Assembly (NCBI RefSeq): GCF_006345805.1
Contig: NW_021835993.1
Coordinates: forward strand, 1 to 64,000
Reading direction: 5' to 3'
From: Octopus sinensis
Lineage: Eukaryota
DNA length: 64,000 nucleotides
The position numbers and the translations under genes were made by a program. The notes under the pieces were generated by a model. The model ran no database searches and was not told the origin of the DNA. It saw only the letters and a list, made by a program, of their open reading frames with translations. Positions 1-12,275 of the stretch are shown one piece after another (position 1 is the stretch's first letter; each line of letters begins with the position of its first letter).

Positions 1-504
1 TAGGACAAGCTTAACAATAGGTAAAATAACTCCACGGCGTAAAAATCTTTCGACTTGAAACTCTCCTGTCAACTTTGTTTTGGAAAATCTTTTAATTCAT
101 CCAATCTCTATCCATGTCGGAACATTTTTTAGAATAATAGAGGAAGGAGGAAGCTTAACTTCCGCCACCTCATGTCCACCTTGTCCAAAGGACTACTACC
201 TCCAAAGATTGTTTGAACTCTTCAGGTCGTCCAAATTCTAAACTGCAGAATAAAATCGCCAGTATGCCGTCGAGAAAATCCTCGCTCCTCTAAACAATCC
301 ATTCCATTTAATATGTTAATAATTGTCAAATTACCAAGTTTAGAATTTTGGTACTTTTGTCGAAGTGGTCGCAGTTTTTTTAGAAAATAATTAAAATTAA
401 TTAATTTTTTTAGTGAAAAATAGATTATTTAATTTATAACCCTCTATCAATAATTAAATGGTTATTAAAATTATTTAAAAATTTATTTAACCAATTTAGT
501 CATT

Positions 505-2200
505 TTAGTACGCGGCATCAAATTCCAGGACTGTAGAAGGAATTTATGTCTTTTACAATCTGCTGCAAAAGATTCCTTATAGTTCTGTATTGTTTCGCCA
601 CATAAATTCTGAAAAAATAACTAACTAAAAAAACCTGCGAAATAATGATCCCAGATGATGTCGTACAGCTCCTCTTTGAAGCTTTATTCTTGCATTTTGC
701 ACCCCACATTCGTTCTACTGTCTGGGTGTGCACTCCCGTCGTTGGATCCAAAAAAAAAAAAAAATGCACTGCATCCTCCTTACTTATTGGGAGCTGTCGG
801 AATTTGATGTTGCATAAGTCCACAACAGAATTTCCATGTGACTATAGTGCCAGTTTATATCATATTAGGTACATGCTAGCCATAATATTAAAAAAAATTA
901 GAAATAAATTAGTAAAAAATTTAATAATTTTTAAATTATTGATAGAGCGACTTAAATAAAATATAATATATTCCACCTCAAAAATTATTAGATTTTTTAA
1001 AAGGCCTAAAAAACTGCGACCATTCGACAAAAGTACCGAATTTTTAATACACAACCTAACCTGAGTGAATACATACACAACCTGACAAACAACTTTTTTA
1101 TAGTTGGTTAACTTATTATTCTAAATAAAATCTTGTTAACTAACGTGTCAGAACATTTGATGTGTGTCTTTGTTGTTTTCTAATTTCACCATAATTATTT
1201 TCAATATTTTTTGTAATATTGAATTACAAATTCCCAGGCCATATTAAACATCGACTGACACCAATATTTTCGAGCCATCATATGTCGACACGTAAGTCGA
1301 GGGTTTTTGGCAGCAATCCTCCCGAAATAAATTATACCTCCTCAATGTACGTCTAGCTGTATCTATACTCACGGAATTATCAATATTGATCTATTTTTGA
1401 GTTCAGAAGCTGTTTTCTTGGGATATTTTTCGATGTCCTGACAAGAATCCTTCATTTCTAGGAGATAATTTCCTCTTCGCTCCAGTGTGAATACGGTCAA
1501 AATAGCCAAAACCAGATATGTAACGTTGAAATATTTTTGGCCTCTTTTCATTGGAACACGTTTTAGTTAGATTAAATGGATATTTAACAAAAATAATGTA
1601 ATTAAATCTAAATATATTTTAGATAAATAAAGTGGCCTCTTTTCATTGCATGGCCTAGAAAAGGTCAAATTAATAATTAAATAAATTGGCATTATAATGA
1701 AAAATAACTTTTATATTTAGTTTTTTATGGATAATTAAGACGAAGAAAAAGAGTTTGCTGAATTTTTTAGAAAATTTCATACTTTAATTTTCGAGTATTC
1801 TATTTTTAGAAATATTCTTTAGGTGGCCGCTTTCATTGCACGGGACTGTAGTTTAAGGATGACTTACTGGAAAACCAGCTGTTCGTTCTTATACTTCGAG
1901 AAGTTTTGCATGGAATGCATAACCAAATTGCGTTGTCCACGTTTCTTTTTGACTTAGATAAACGACAGCGTCTCTATTTTTGAGAATATAGGTTTTACTT
2001 TACAGCGAACGCATTTCATTGTGTTAGAGATCAACCGCCTCTCTGCGCACCAAATTACACACTCTTCTATATTATCGCCGAAGAGCCTGTTTAGAGACGA
2101 AAACCGGTTATATTCCTGCATTATTTGCTCATCAGACTTGACTGCGGCCCGCATCAACAATAGACAAACCCATTTAAATTTAAACAATCCCATTAAAATT
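505..2200 (-). mobile_element. Merlin (IS1595/ISXO2-like) DNA transposon remnant, internally deleted
   Basis: Minus-strand fragments: N-terminal LISNTMKCVRC and W-C-C-SIRTNSWF (1850-2190), VVDLCN (~815), and DPTTGVHTQTVERMW (~720-760). Ends not resolved. Confidence 0.7.
1140..1848 (-). mobile_element. Tc1-like element, 5' fragment, nested in the Merlin remnant
   Basis: TIR CAGTCCCGTGCAATGAAAGCGGCCAC next to TA at 1849-1850, with internal repeats at ~1540 and ~1632. Frameshifted N-terminal transposase (KKTASEL...LFGRIAAKNPRL). Confidence 0.7.
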
Positions 2201-3269
2201 AACTTAAATTAATAAAAAATGAAAAAATAATAAAATCTATTGCTTATACGTCGAGATTTATACCATGACTAAAATTGGAGATTACCTGTTTGACATCATG
2301 TTTCGCCATTCTGAATTAGGGCAAGCATATTTTTCCTAAATTTTTGGCTTTCTATACATTTTTCTTGACCGTTGTACGGGGCACGGCATAACCTCACCAA
2401 ATATTTTATTGGTTAAATAAATATTAAACAGTCGTTGGGTTAAATTTACCAGTGTTTTTGCAAAGAGCTATCCGAAATAAATGGCCTATCCTTACTACCT
2501 CCTAAAAGAACTGTTCGGAATGAAAGAGATATTAGTAGGCATTTCTCTTTTATCTCTCTTGGGTGACAACGTAGACAGTTACATCAATCGTACCATATTT
2601 TACCTAATTTGCAGAGTCATTGGAGAAAACCTCTCTATTTGTGAGTTTAGTCCAATGAGAACTGAAAAAATCGCTTCTTAGATAGTCTCTGGAAAGGCCG
2701 CGAACTGAGAAATTAATGATATAAGCAATGGAGTCAAAGACAAGACTCCCTTTGGTGCGTACTGTCGGTGTAAGAGACGTGTTCGAGCAAAGATGGAAAA
2801 ACTAATCTTTGTTTATTATAAGAAACTTATTTCTTCTCATTGAAAATTGTGAATAATCCAAGATTCAATGAGCTATCGAACAGTTTACTTATTCATTTAT
2901 GACATCTATACCACCGAGCACACGTGTGCATCACGATGCTAAAAATTAATTTTAATTGCATTAACCCAAATAGGGTATAAACATAATCATTTCGAGTAAT
3001 CTAACAAATTAGGTTGGTAATCCACGTTGATTACTTTTCTTTCATAGGGTGAGTCTCACCAAGTATGAAAATCCACGTCATTTGAATGTGTTGAGTCGGA
3101 AAATTGTCATTAAATAAAAACAAATAATTAAAACTATATCGGGAACCACCCATGAGGCTAACCACATACCCGCCCAAGAATTTTCACGCGTTCAAATCAG
3201 TGTTCACGTGATTAAAATTATAAGAAAATGTAAAATGCTTTATATAAAAGGAATATATGAAGTTCTTAT

Positions 3270-3897
3270 TTAACTTTTCTGTTTTTTGTGTTTGTTTTGG
3301 ACGTGTTTGGATAAATGGTCAGAACGAATGTATTTCAACTGACAGTAAGGACACGTGTAGTTCCTCTCTCCCGTATGCATGCGGCGGTGTCTCCCCAGCT
3401 CATCTGAGCGCGAGAAACATTTGCTACAATTTTCAAAATTGCATTTGTATGGTTTCTCCCCTAAAGTTGTTATTTTGGATTTCTCACCTGTGTGCTTCCG
3501 ATAATGAGTTTTTAAGTGAGAATTTTTAAAATAGGCCTTTCCACAGTTTTCGTAATGACATACGAATTTTCGAACTCTCATATTTTCTCCCTGAGTTTCT
3601 TGATTGACTGTTTGTGTTCAAAAGGAGCCAAAATGAGCGGATTGGGTGGCTCAGTATCAGAAGAGTACACAGAGGAAATGTCCGAATTAGTTCCCAATAT
3701 GCTCTCTATGCTGAAGCTATTGTTAGACTCCGGACATTTCTTTGTCTGCCAGTAAAAATTATTCGTTCTACCTTTGTTGCGAAATTTTGATAAACAAAAT
3801 TGTTATTAAAAAAATAAGAATTTAATCGATGATTTACGGATTTGTTCATTAAAGAGAGATATTCTGCAGCCACAAGGACATCTCGATCTAAAACCAT
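3270..3897 (-). CDS. KLF10/11: Krueppel-like factor, KLF10/11 (cabut)-like, three C2H2 fingers
   Basis: Fingers [19 protein letters not shown] / RSDELGRH / RSDHLSKH, and an N-terminal SID-like [12 protein letters not shown]. One ~26-nt intron near 3745-3770 and a 27-nt intron at 3461-3487 in the HTG|EKP linker. One apparent 1-nt frameshift near 3585 in a short A run. Confidence 0.85.
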
Positions 3898-4365
3898 GAT
3901 GCTTTTTATATACGACCGAATAACATTTTCGATAAATGTTAGGCACATCGCTTTTATAGTCAACCTGATGCGCTTTTCACGTGATAAATTAAAGGAAATT
4001 CTAGCAAACCAGGCCATGATCACGTGTTCAGCAGATGATAGATAAAATTTTATGTCGTTATATACTCCGGGTTTCATCATCAATAAAAGCAACAGGAAAT
4101 ATTCACATTTTACTGAAAAATAAATATGCCTCAGTTCAACGCGACAGTCAAATAAAGAATATCTTCTGGTTAAATTGAAAACATAATTATTTGCTCATCA
4201 TTTTCTTGTGATAATTCTTTGTGCTTGCTTAGTAGTACAGTGGGTCAAATTAGTCTTGGGACACTTGTTTTTTTTAATAAAATTTTATTTTCGTTAACAT
4301 AGCTGTTTTTATTTAATTTTTTCCAATAGTATAATAGTGCTCCTAGTTTTCTTTACATCCTAGAT

Positions 4366-5462
4366 CAGCGGTTCTCAACCTTTTTTAGACTGGGGACCAC
4401 TTTTGCACTATAAAATTTTGTGGGGACCACCTTAAATAAATAAACATTTTTGGTATTAGCGCACAATTTTTGGCCTCGCCAGGGCCAGGTTTAGACATGT
4501 TCGAATATTTATTATAAAAATAACATGAACATTATGAAAATAACAGAAATTTAATAGTAATTTAGTGAGATTTCTGATCTTGTTTGCTCAGAATAATTTT
4601 ACTTATATCAGGCTCTATGTTCGACAAAGCTACTCGCATATCATCTTGTACCCGTAGTCTATTTCTATATTTTGTTTTTAGAAAAGTCAGACACGACATC
4701 GCCATTTCACAGTGATAAGTAGTGGGGAATGCAAGTATTGATTCCAATGCAGTTTTACTCAAAATGGGGAATTCTTTCGCCATCTGACACCTAACAATAA
4801 AAGTAATTATTAATGAGAATACCAAAAATCTAATAATGAAGTACATTTGAAAATAATCTGAGCAGACTGATTACATTGAAGTTCAATCAAGCTCTGCTGA
4901 AAATTGAGTTCCTGATATTCTTTAAATGAGGTCAAGAAAGGTTGAACGATCCAGTTTGGAATTGGGTCTTCAACAGGAATTTTCTGGGTGTACAGACTCT
5001 TTGTGGCGCCTAAGTTGAGAAGGTTTCAGTGAATTGTTTCCCAAAATTTTATGGCAAATCATGCATTTGCCTTTATTTCATTATTTGGGGCAATGAATTT
5101 AGTGAATCCAAATTGTACGTAAGAATCCGACCAAAGACGACGATTCTTGTTAACCATAACTAGAATGATAAACCACGCTAATCAAATCAGATTAATTTCA
5201 ATGTTTTTGATTTATACTTAATTGTACAATTAGTTTTAAATTTAATATATTGTTATTTTGCGAAAATTCCTGGGGACCACTAAAAATTTTCTGGGGACCA
5301 CGATTGAAAACCGCTTGATTAATTTCAATGTTTTTGATTTATACTTAATTGTACAATTAGTTTTAACTTTAATATATTTTTATTTTTCGAAAATTCCTGG
5401 GGACCACTAAAAATTTTCTGGGGACCACTAGTGGTCCCGGGGACCACGGTTGAGAACCGCTG
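4366..5462 (-). mobile_element. Non-autonomous hAT (Buster/Charlie-like)
   Basis: TIR CAGCGGTTCTCAACC at both ends and 8-bp TSD TCCTAGAT (4358-4365, 5463-5470; NNNTANNN pattern). ORF 4562-4846 is a hAT C-terminal dimerisation fragment (FPTTYHCE...KTKYRNRL). Confidence 0.95.
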
Positions 5463-5688
5463 TCCTAGATCATAAAAAATTACAAAATTCGTTTTATTTA
5501 TAGAAAAATTTCACATTTATTTCCAACAGATAGAATATCATGTTCCAATTAGTCTTGGGACAGTTAGTTATTTATTTACTTTTTGATAAAATAATTGAAT
5601 TGATCTACATATCGATCAACGAAATTATACTAATTCCGGATTAATTCGTATATTTAACTGATTATTAGCATTATTTGCGATTAATATT

Positions 5689-6712
5689 TTGTACATGCTT
5701 AAGCGAAAGAAACATTCAGAAGAAATAAAAAAAAACTTATACTTCTTGAATATAATGCAGGAAATCCTAAAAATTTCCGAAAGTGTTCATATTCCGAAGA
5801 GTACAGTATTAAACATTATCAATAAATCGAAATTATTTAAAACTACCAAAAATAAGCCAAGATCAGGACAACCAAAAAATATCATCTCGATCAATTTCCA
5901 TAATTAGACGAAAAGTGCTTGATAATCCGAGATTATCTCGTAAACAACTCTCTACTTACTTGGGTGAGATAGGAACACCAGTATGCTCACAGACTGTTAC
6001 AAATGCCCTAAGAAAAGAAGGGTTCCATAAATGTCGTCCACGTAAAGTTCCGCTGGTTACTAAAAAACACGTCCATGCACGGCTAAAATATGCCAAAAAA
6101 AATTTACTTAAAGACGACGACTTTCTAAATAATATTATTTGGTCGGATAAAACAAAGATAGAAATATTTGGACACAATTATACAAGCTACGTGTGGCGTA
6201 AATCGAAGGATGAATATCGGCCAAAAAATACCATACCAACAGTTAAACATGGAGGTGGCAGTATTATGCTATGGGGGTGTTTTTCTTCTTGGGGCGTTGG
6301 AGAACTTCATGTGATTGACGGAATATTGAATGCTTCTAAATACTGTGATATTTTGGAAAAAAATCTATTTTCGTCAATTGAGAAATGTGGTATTGCAGGA
6401 AATTGGACATTTCAACAAGACAATGATCCAAAGCACACCGCAAAAAAAACTCAAAAATGGCTAGAAGAACATTTGATTGATACCCTTGAATGGCCAAGTC
6501 AGTCCCCAGATCTTAATCCGATTGAAAACTTTTGGAAAGAATTAAAAGCCAAAGTATGGGCGCATAATCCAAAAAATATCGCGGAATTAAAATCATTTTG
6601 TTTTGAAGAATGGAATAAAATTCCTGTTGAAACTTGTAAGAAGCTTGTTAACAATTATAAAAATCGCTTAAATGCAGTTTTGGAGAATAACGGATACTTT
6701 ACAAAGTATTAA
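5689..6712 (+). pseudogene. Tc1 DD34E transposase, frameshifted
   Basis: HTH region in 5689-5907, then 5915-6712 with WSDKT, FQQDNDPKH and SPDLNPIENFW. Frameshift near 5890-5915. Confidence 0.9.
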
Positions 6713-7489
6713 GTAATTTGTCCCAAGACTAATTAGCATTTGATTTTGTGACTGTTTGTTTAAAATGTCAAAATTTTTTTAAAATAAAATTTTCTTTGGA
6801 TTATTTTTAAATGTTTTATTATGTAAAAAACTTTGTTTAATTTTTTAGCCTTTGGAAAAAATGAGATAAAAACAGGTATGTTTAAAAAAAGAAAATTTTA
6901 TAAAAATACAAGTGTCCCAAGACAATTTGTAGAAACTCGTCACTTGAATAAAGCAAGTTAAAATAGAAAGAGTTTTTTCACAGCTTTAAAAATTTGTTTA
7001 ATAATCTAACCCTAATAAATAAAATATTTACAGTTAAATTTGTGGGCTTGAATTCAATAATTCACCTTATTTCTATATCAGTTTTTTCTATTTGTAATTT
7101 GTTTTCTTAATAATTTGCGGAAATTGGTAATCAGCAGTTAAATATTTAAACAATAGTGTGTTGAAGGCCATAAAAAATTAAAAATATTAATATCAATGAT
7201 AAGAGCAAAACCAATTTTTAGGAATCGTATTAGTTTTCATGTTCACACATTCATTATGTTATCATTCAAGGCACTAATCACATCCAATCATCTTTAGTTG
7301 CTAAATGTCAGCTCCCACATATTTGAGCAAATTGAAATTGACACTTCTCTGAATCCGTTAAAAAATATTTATAGACCAATACTCTTTTTTAACTACTGCT
7401 TTAACTAATTACTGCTCTTTTTCTCATCTAGCATGTCATTTGTTTTCCAATTTGTGTTAAATATCAAATTGGAGTATGCTTTATATTCT

Positions 7490-8040
7490 TCCAGGTGCCG
7501 ATTTTTAAGTTTAGTGTATATCTTTGCTTGAATGATGACAAGCTACTCATTTGTTGCCATTTTGATGAAACTCAACTACGACACGACCGGGGAGCATCCC
7601 TCTCGTTTTCTTTGCCGGTGATCGGAACGCAAAAGTTTAAATGCGCCACAAACTTTGTCGGAACTCACACTAGAGGAAAGAGAAATTAGAAATTGCAGAT
7701 AATATTGCTGCTTACTTTGAATATCTCTTCAGAAGAGATAAAAACAACACTTAAAAAACTGAAAAGCAACGCAAGTCCAGGAATCAATGATATTCACGGG
7801 AAACTTTTGAAACGCCAACGTCACTGATGTATCACTAACTAGGCAACATTTTCAATGAAATATTAAAAACACACACTTGTTTCGCTATGCTAGAGAATTC
7901 CGATGTCCATACAAAAACCCGCGAAGCCGGCTGGACCTGTGGAAAACCTATGTGGGACATTGCGGCGACAGTATCTTTGAGGGACTCTCCGAGTTGGCCA
8001 AAGTCTTGTAACCTTCCTCTTTAATAGGGATATTTATTGC
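7490..8040 (+). mobile_element. RTE-like LINE fragments (APE and RT pieces), mostly deleted in copy B
   Basis: FFAGDRNAKV (APE-like), EEIKTTLKKLKSNASPGINDI and IQKPAKPAGPVENL (RT-like). Confidence 0.7.
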
Positions 8041-8057
8041 TTTTGAATGTGACTGCA

Positions 8058-8413
8058 TTAAATAGTTAATAATTTATGGAGTATTTGAGTGGGAGTGTGT
8101 GAATACTCGAACTAGTGAGTAAAGCAAATGTCCTACGCGCTGGACGACGTACTTGAACATTTGTTTGCAATCCTCCCCCGAGTACTCCCCGAATTTGACG
8201 TCCTCCCAATTCACCGCCCATTCCACCAAAATGAGGGAATTCCTAGCACTCCCTTCATGCCCAGCACATTCCTGACCAATCTACGAGTCGATGATATTGT
8301 CCACTCTAGAATAACTGTGGAATGTACCCTTCGTGGTGATTGGGTCATGTCCTCCACTGAATAGTCATATCCGTCCACATTAGTCAGCCAGTCTGCCCCA
8401 CATCACTACTCAT
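8058..8413 (-). CDS. Small protein resembling the UBF/UBTF N-terminal SANT-like domain, copy A (two 1-nt homopolymer frameshifts)
   Basis: Same structure as copy B. Lacks one A at ~8360 and one G at ~8235 relative to B. Confidence 0.45.
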
Positions 8414-8599
8414 CTTCTATTATTATTATTTAAAGTATGTTTACACAATCAAAGAATTTAAATTAACTAAGGTCACCTTTGTGCCACACGTTAAGAGATT
8501 TTATTCACCAAGCTTCGAGTCTGCTCACAATAAATCTTTTAATTTAAGAAAAGTTTTTACTTTTTAAATATCTATCAGAATTCGACAGAATTTTCAATT

Positions 8600-9330
8600 T
8601 GCACCCCGTTTTTTAAAGCTACTCTTTTCTCCAATCCAGCTTAGATATTTTTCTGAAAAGTTCGAAAAATTCCATTTTCTCCACATTTAGATTGACGAAC
8701 CGCTTAGCAAGTTTATTTGGCATTACCTTCAATAGGCTTTCCAGAACATTTCTGTCGGACCGATGTTGTTTCAAATGGCTTAGAGCACATGACTGACCGA
8801 TAGATAGGTTTCTGATAAGAGATTTCTTCTCTTGAAAAAATTGTGTGGCTGGCACGAACAAAACCTTAGTCACTTAAGTGCTTATAGCAACGCGGAAGTG
8901 CTATTTACTACTAATACTTACATCAATCAATTTTTGACGTATGATTCAGTAAAAAACTTTTTGTCGCACTTTTAAACCTCTGAATAGTGGAATATCGCCA
9001 GAAGTCGATCTTCCTACATGAAAACCGCTATGGAAACCGGATAGAAATAGTTCCTTCGAGGCTTTATTCTCTGTGGAGTGATAATTGCCAGAACTTTCGG
9101 TAGGCAATTCATATTTATTAGCCTGAGGTTCTCCACTTTTTCTTTAGCTTTGTTCGGCTTTTAGACAGGGACCAGTATTCCTCGTCCCAGGGGTGAATAA
9201 TCGTTTGTTGTAAACATCTCATTGAAAAGGTCAGTAATGATTATTTTGAGCAGGGCAAAAAAGTTTTTTGAGAAAAACAAGCCGACGTGACTGCCCCAAG
9301 TTGTAAGGTTGTCTAACAAACGAACGAGTG
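8600..9330 (-). mobile_element. Degenerate RTE-like LINE RT (copy B ~34640-35370)
   Basis: GILIPV*KPNKAKEKVENLRLINIMNCLPKVL and SGFHVGRSTSGD parallel the RT at 30309-31160 (GTLIPIQKTNK...VENLRPVILLNTLRKL; SGFRAGRSTAD). Many stops. Confidence 0.75.
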
Positions 9331-10033
9331 TCAATGTTTAATACAAATATCAGTCTTAGGTTAGAACTAAAGTTAGTTTTAGGGTCAAAGTTTGGTTTTT
9401 CTCATATAGAAATTAAATCATATCCTGAAACATCAGAAGCAATAAAATTTCTTTAAAACAATAGAATTCCTCAGGGTGATGAGAAAAAAGCGCATAACAA
9501 TAAAATATTTTTAGAATAAAAAAGTTTACGTAAGTTTTAAAGTTCTCTATGTTAACAGAATCCGCGGCCGTAGAGACTACATTGGGGGACTAGTTAAAAT
9601 TTTATATCAAACTCTTTTGGGTTAGGAATGTTCCTTATTGAGCAGTTCTTTTAAGATTTAATTTTTAGAATTTAATCAAAATATTAGGTCCGAATTTATT
9701 AAATAAAAATCGAATGTTTTTAATATGTGTGGCTTCGGCTATCAAGTCCCTTAGTCTAAATTACCTTATTTCTTAGTTCGTTTTCTTGACGTAGTTTTTG
9801 TATTTCCAACTGTTAGATTGCCAATTCGGCACTATTGAGTGTGTTTCGTGGGTTTACCTTGAGTTTTCGGTCAGAAAAAAGGTCTCGTTTTCTTCTCTTC
9901 TTGTTTCTGTAATTCCTCTTTTAGGAATTTAATTGCCTTAAGGCTGCCTGCTTATATTTGGATATTAATTCAACTTTTAAGCCATACTGATAATGTTCTT
10001 ACAGACTCCCATCCAGTAAACATAGGAGCCATA

Positions 10034-10670
10034 CAGTCAACCCTCTATTTATTGCAACTAATGGGACCGACAAAATAGTGGGAAAAATGGAGGTAGTAAA
10101 AAAGAAGGTTTAAAGTTTGAATGTCATCTTATCATGTTTTTTTAACTAGTTTGCTATTTTTTGTTTCGAAAGGATTTATTAGTCAAAATAATGTTTTTAT
10201 TTGAGAATATTTTTAAGAACAACAGTTGGATAATCTAATGATTTTTTTTCGTTCTTTGTTTAGTATGTTTTCGTTAGTTTTCAATGCAACTAGCAATCAT
10301 TCGAAAAATGTTCGATTCAACAAAAAATGTTTTGAAATTGTTTAAGTTGTTCACAGCATCTTCCAATTCAATTTTTTAATTTCCAGTATCTTCATTTTCA
10401 ATATCTTCTAGTTCCATTTCACATTTCTCCAAGTTTTCATAATTGTTAAGAATGCTGTCGTCAATACATGGATTTTTTTCTGATCTGATCGTGTAAGTCG
10501 ATCCTTTATTCTTAAGTCGAGCTCTTGGATTTTTTTCTGATCAGCTACATCAATAATGTTTAGTTCATTTAGCAATTTTCCGAATCCCTCGATTTGACAC
10601 GAAAATCATCAATAATTCCACTTGTGAAGATTATTTTATTCTAGCAATTTTTGATAATCTTAAAAGAAAT
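10034..10670 (-). mobile_element. pogo/Tigger 3' remnant (copy B from 36068)
   Basis: TA followed by CAGTCAACCCTCTATTTA TIR, and a decayed C-terminus ISFKIIKNC*NKI. Truncated by the CRE fragment. Confidence 0.6.
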
Positions 10671-10671
10671 A

Positions 10672-10998
10672 TTCTGCCTCCCGCCCTGGCTCAGCCTCCG
10701 CACATGCCGAAACAAAAAAAAAACAAAGTATGCCTCATTGGAGAACACCTGCCTTTTCGTCCCCCTGGCTTTCGAAACGAGCGGGATAATCGGCCCAAAA
10801 GCTCTTGAGTTCCTTTCGGAAATCGGCTTGATGATCTCAAGGAAGAGTCACGAGAAACGTGAGTCTAGTTGGCTTTTTCAGCGCATTTCGCTCGCGATAT
10901 TGCGCGGAAGCTGCCTATCTATTCGCGCGTCCTCTCAATCAAAGAATTAACATCATAAATTTACTTAATTAAAAAAAAATAATAAAAAAAAAAAAAAG
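10672..10998 (+). mobile_element. CRE-clade retrotransposon, 5'-truncated 3' end (copy B ~36706-37028)
   Basis: RLE C-terminus FVPLAFETSG...WLFQRISLAILRG, then stop, short UTR and poly(A). Confidence 0.9.
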
Positions 10999-12275
10999 CA
11001 TACGATTTAAAAATTACTGCATCTTTTATATTAACCTGTTTAAGTAGCGATTCAGCATGTGTTGGGAAATCAATTTCGTTCACAACATGAGAGAGTAAAT
11101 AATGATTACATATCAAGACTTGAAGCACTTAATTATTCCCGCATCTAATGGTTGTGATCTTGAGTTTTTTGGAAGAAACAATAGCTCAATAAATTTACTC
11201 TGATTACTAATTTTATGATTGCGAGGTTTTAAAATATTAATAAATTTTAATAAAAATTACATTTCTGAGATTCTTTGGTTGTTCTCTTCAGTAAATATCT
11301 AAAATTATTAATTTTTTCTTTACTATTTGAGAGATTGAGCTTTTCCGCAAACCAGCATAGCATCAAAATCATTAATTGAACGTAGCGTTTTATGATTTTA
11401 TTCAAAAGTTCACGTAAAATGGTTAATCAAACTATTTTTAGCGATAAAATTTATTAAAAAATGTTAATTAAAATTTTTAATTTTCATTATTAAAAATAAT
11501 TGTCTTGCTATTCGTGAAGCGGAATTAAACATAGAACATGTTTTTGTGTTAACTTAAAACTAATTTAAATCAGCAATCAGCAAATATCAAACTTCAATGT
11601 ATTTTAGCATTTAAGCATTAATACAGCTTCCTCAAAACAATAGTATTGCAACTCTCTTTCCTTGAGGATGGCATCATTATAAAAGGCACCACCGGATTGA
11701 CAAAAACACGTGATTAATTTTTTAATCAATCAAGCACTTAACTTTATCTATTTACGACCGCAATCTATTATTAATTTATATTCAATTTGGGTTAGCTAAT
11801 ACTTCTTTAACTTCATTCATAAAAAAATAAATATTTTTTCAGATACATTTTTATTAAATTTTTGATTTTCTTAATTGTTTTACTAATTGATTAAAGTTTG
11901 TTTTTCAAATTAATCTAGCTTGGTGATTTGTTTTGGTTTTCTCAGTTTTAAAGTTAAAAAAGTTGAAAAAATAAAAAGTACTCTTGAGCAAATATGTATT
12001 TCAGAAATGGTTTTGCTAAATATTGACAATAGTCAATATTTATACTCAAATTGGGCCGTTTCGACTTAATAAAGTCGGCATTTTAAACAATTTTTTATCC
12101 TGAATGAAAATCAAAGTAAAAATCTGGCATTGACGCGTAACTTAATTTTATTGTAAGAAAATATTTTTAAAGAATATATTTTTAAAAGAACCTATTTAAG
12201 TAATATTATCTGACTTTCTCGGGCAAACTGGTCAATGAATTAACAAAAAATTAGATTTTAGATTAAACTGATATA

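Larger units (their letters stand above)
4238..6929 (+). mobile_element. Tc1 (IR/DR type) transposon carrying a nested hAT MITE
   Basis: TA followed by CAGTGGGTCAAATTAGTCTTGGGACAC at 4238, with inner repeats at ~5548 and ~6720. The right TIR at 6909-6929 lacks its last ~8 bp. Confidence 0.85.

Noticed and set aside
1-330. Possible LINE ORF1 remnant on the minus strand
   Set aside because: Stop-interrupted, cut by the window edge, and has no diagnostic motif.
2381-3200. Possible element bounded by degenerate inverted repeats, containing ORF 2481-2681
   Set aside because: The repeat match is too weak, there is no TSD, and no protein is recognisable.
8619-8873. 84-aa ORF that first looked like a TFB2M-type host gene
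   Set aside because: It aligns with the post-YADD region of the RTE-like RT at 31170-31320, and upstream frames give RT motifs. It is LINE debris.
11200-12270. Possible micro-exon gene on the minus strand
   Set aside because: I could not build a consistent spliced frame or recognise a domain.
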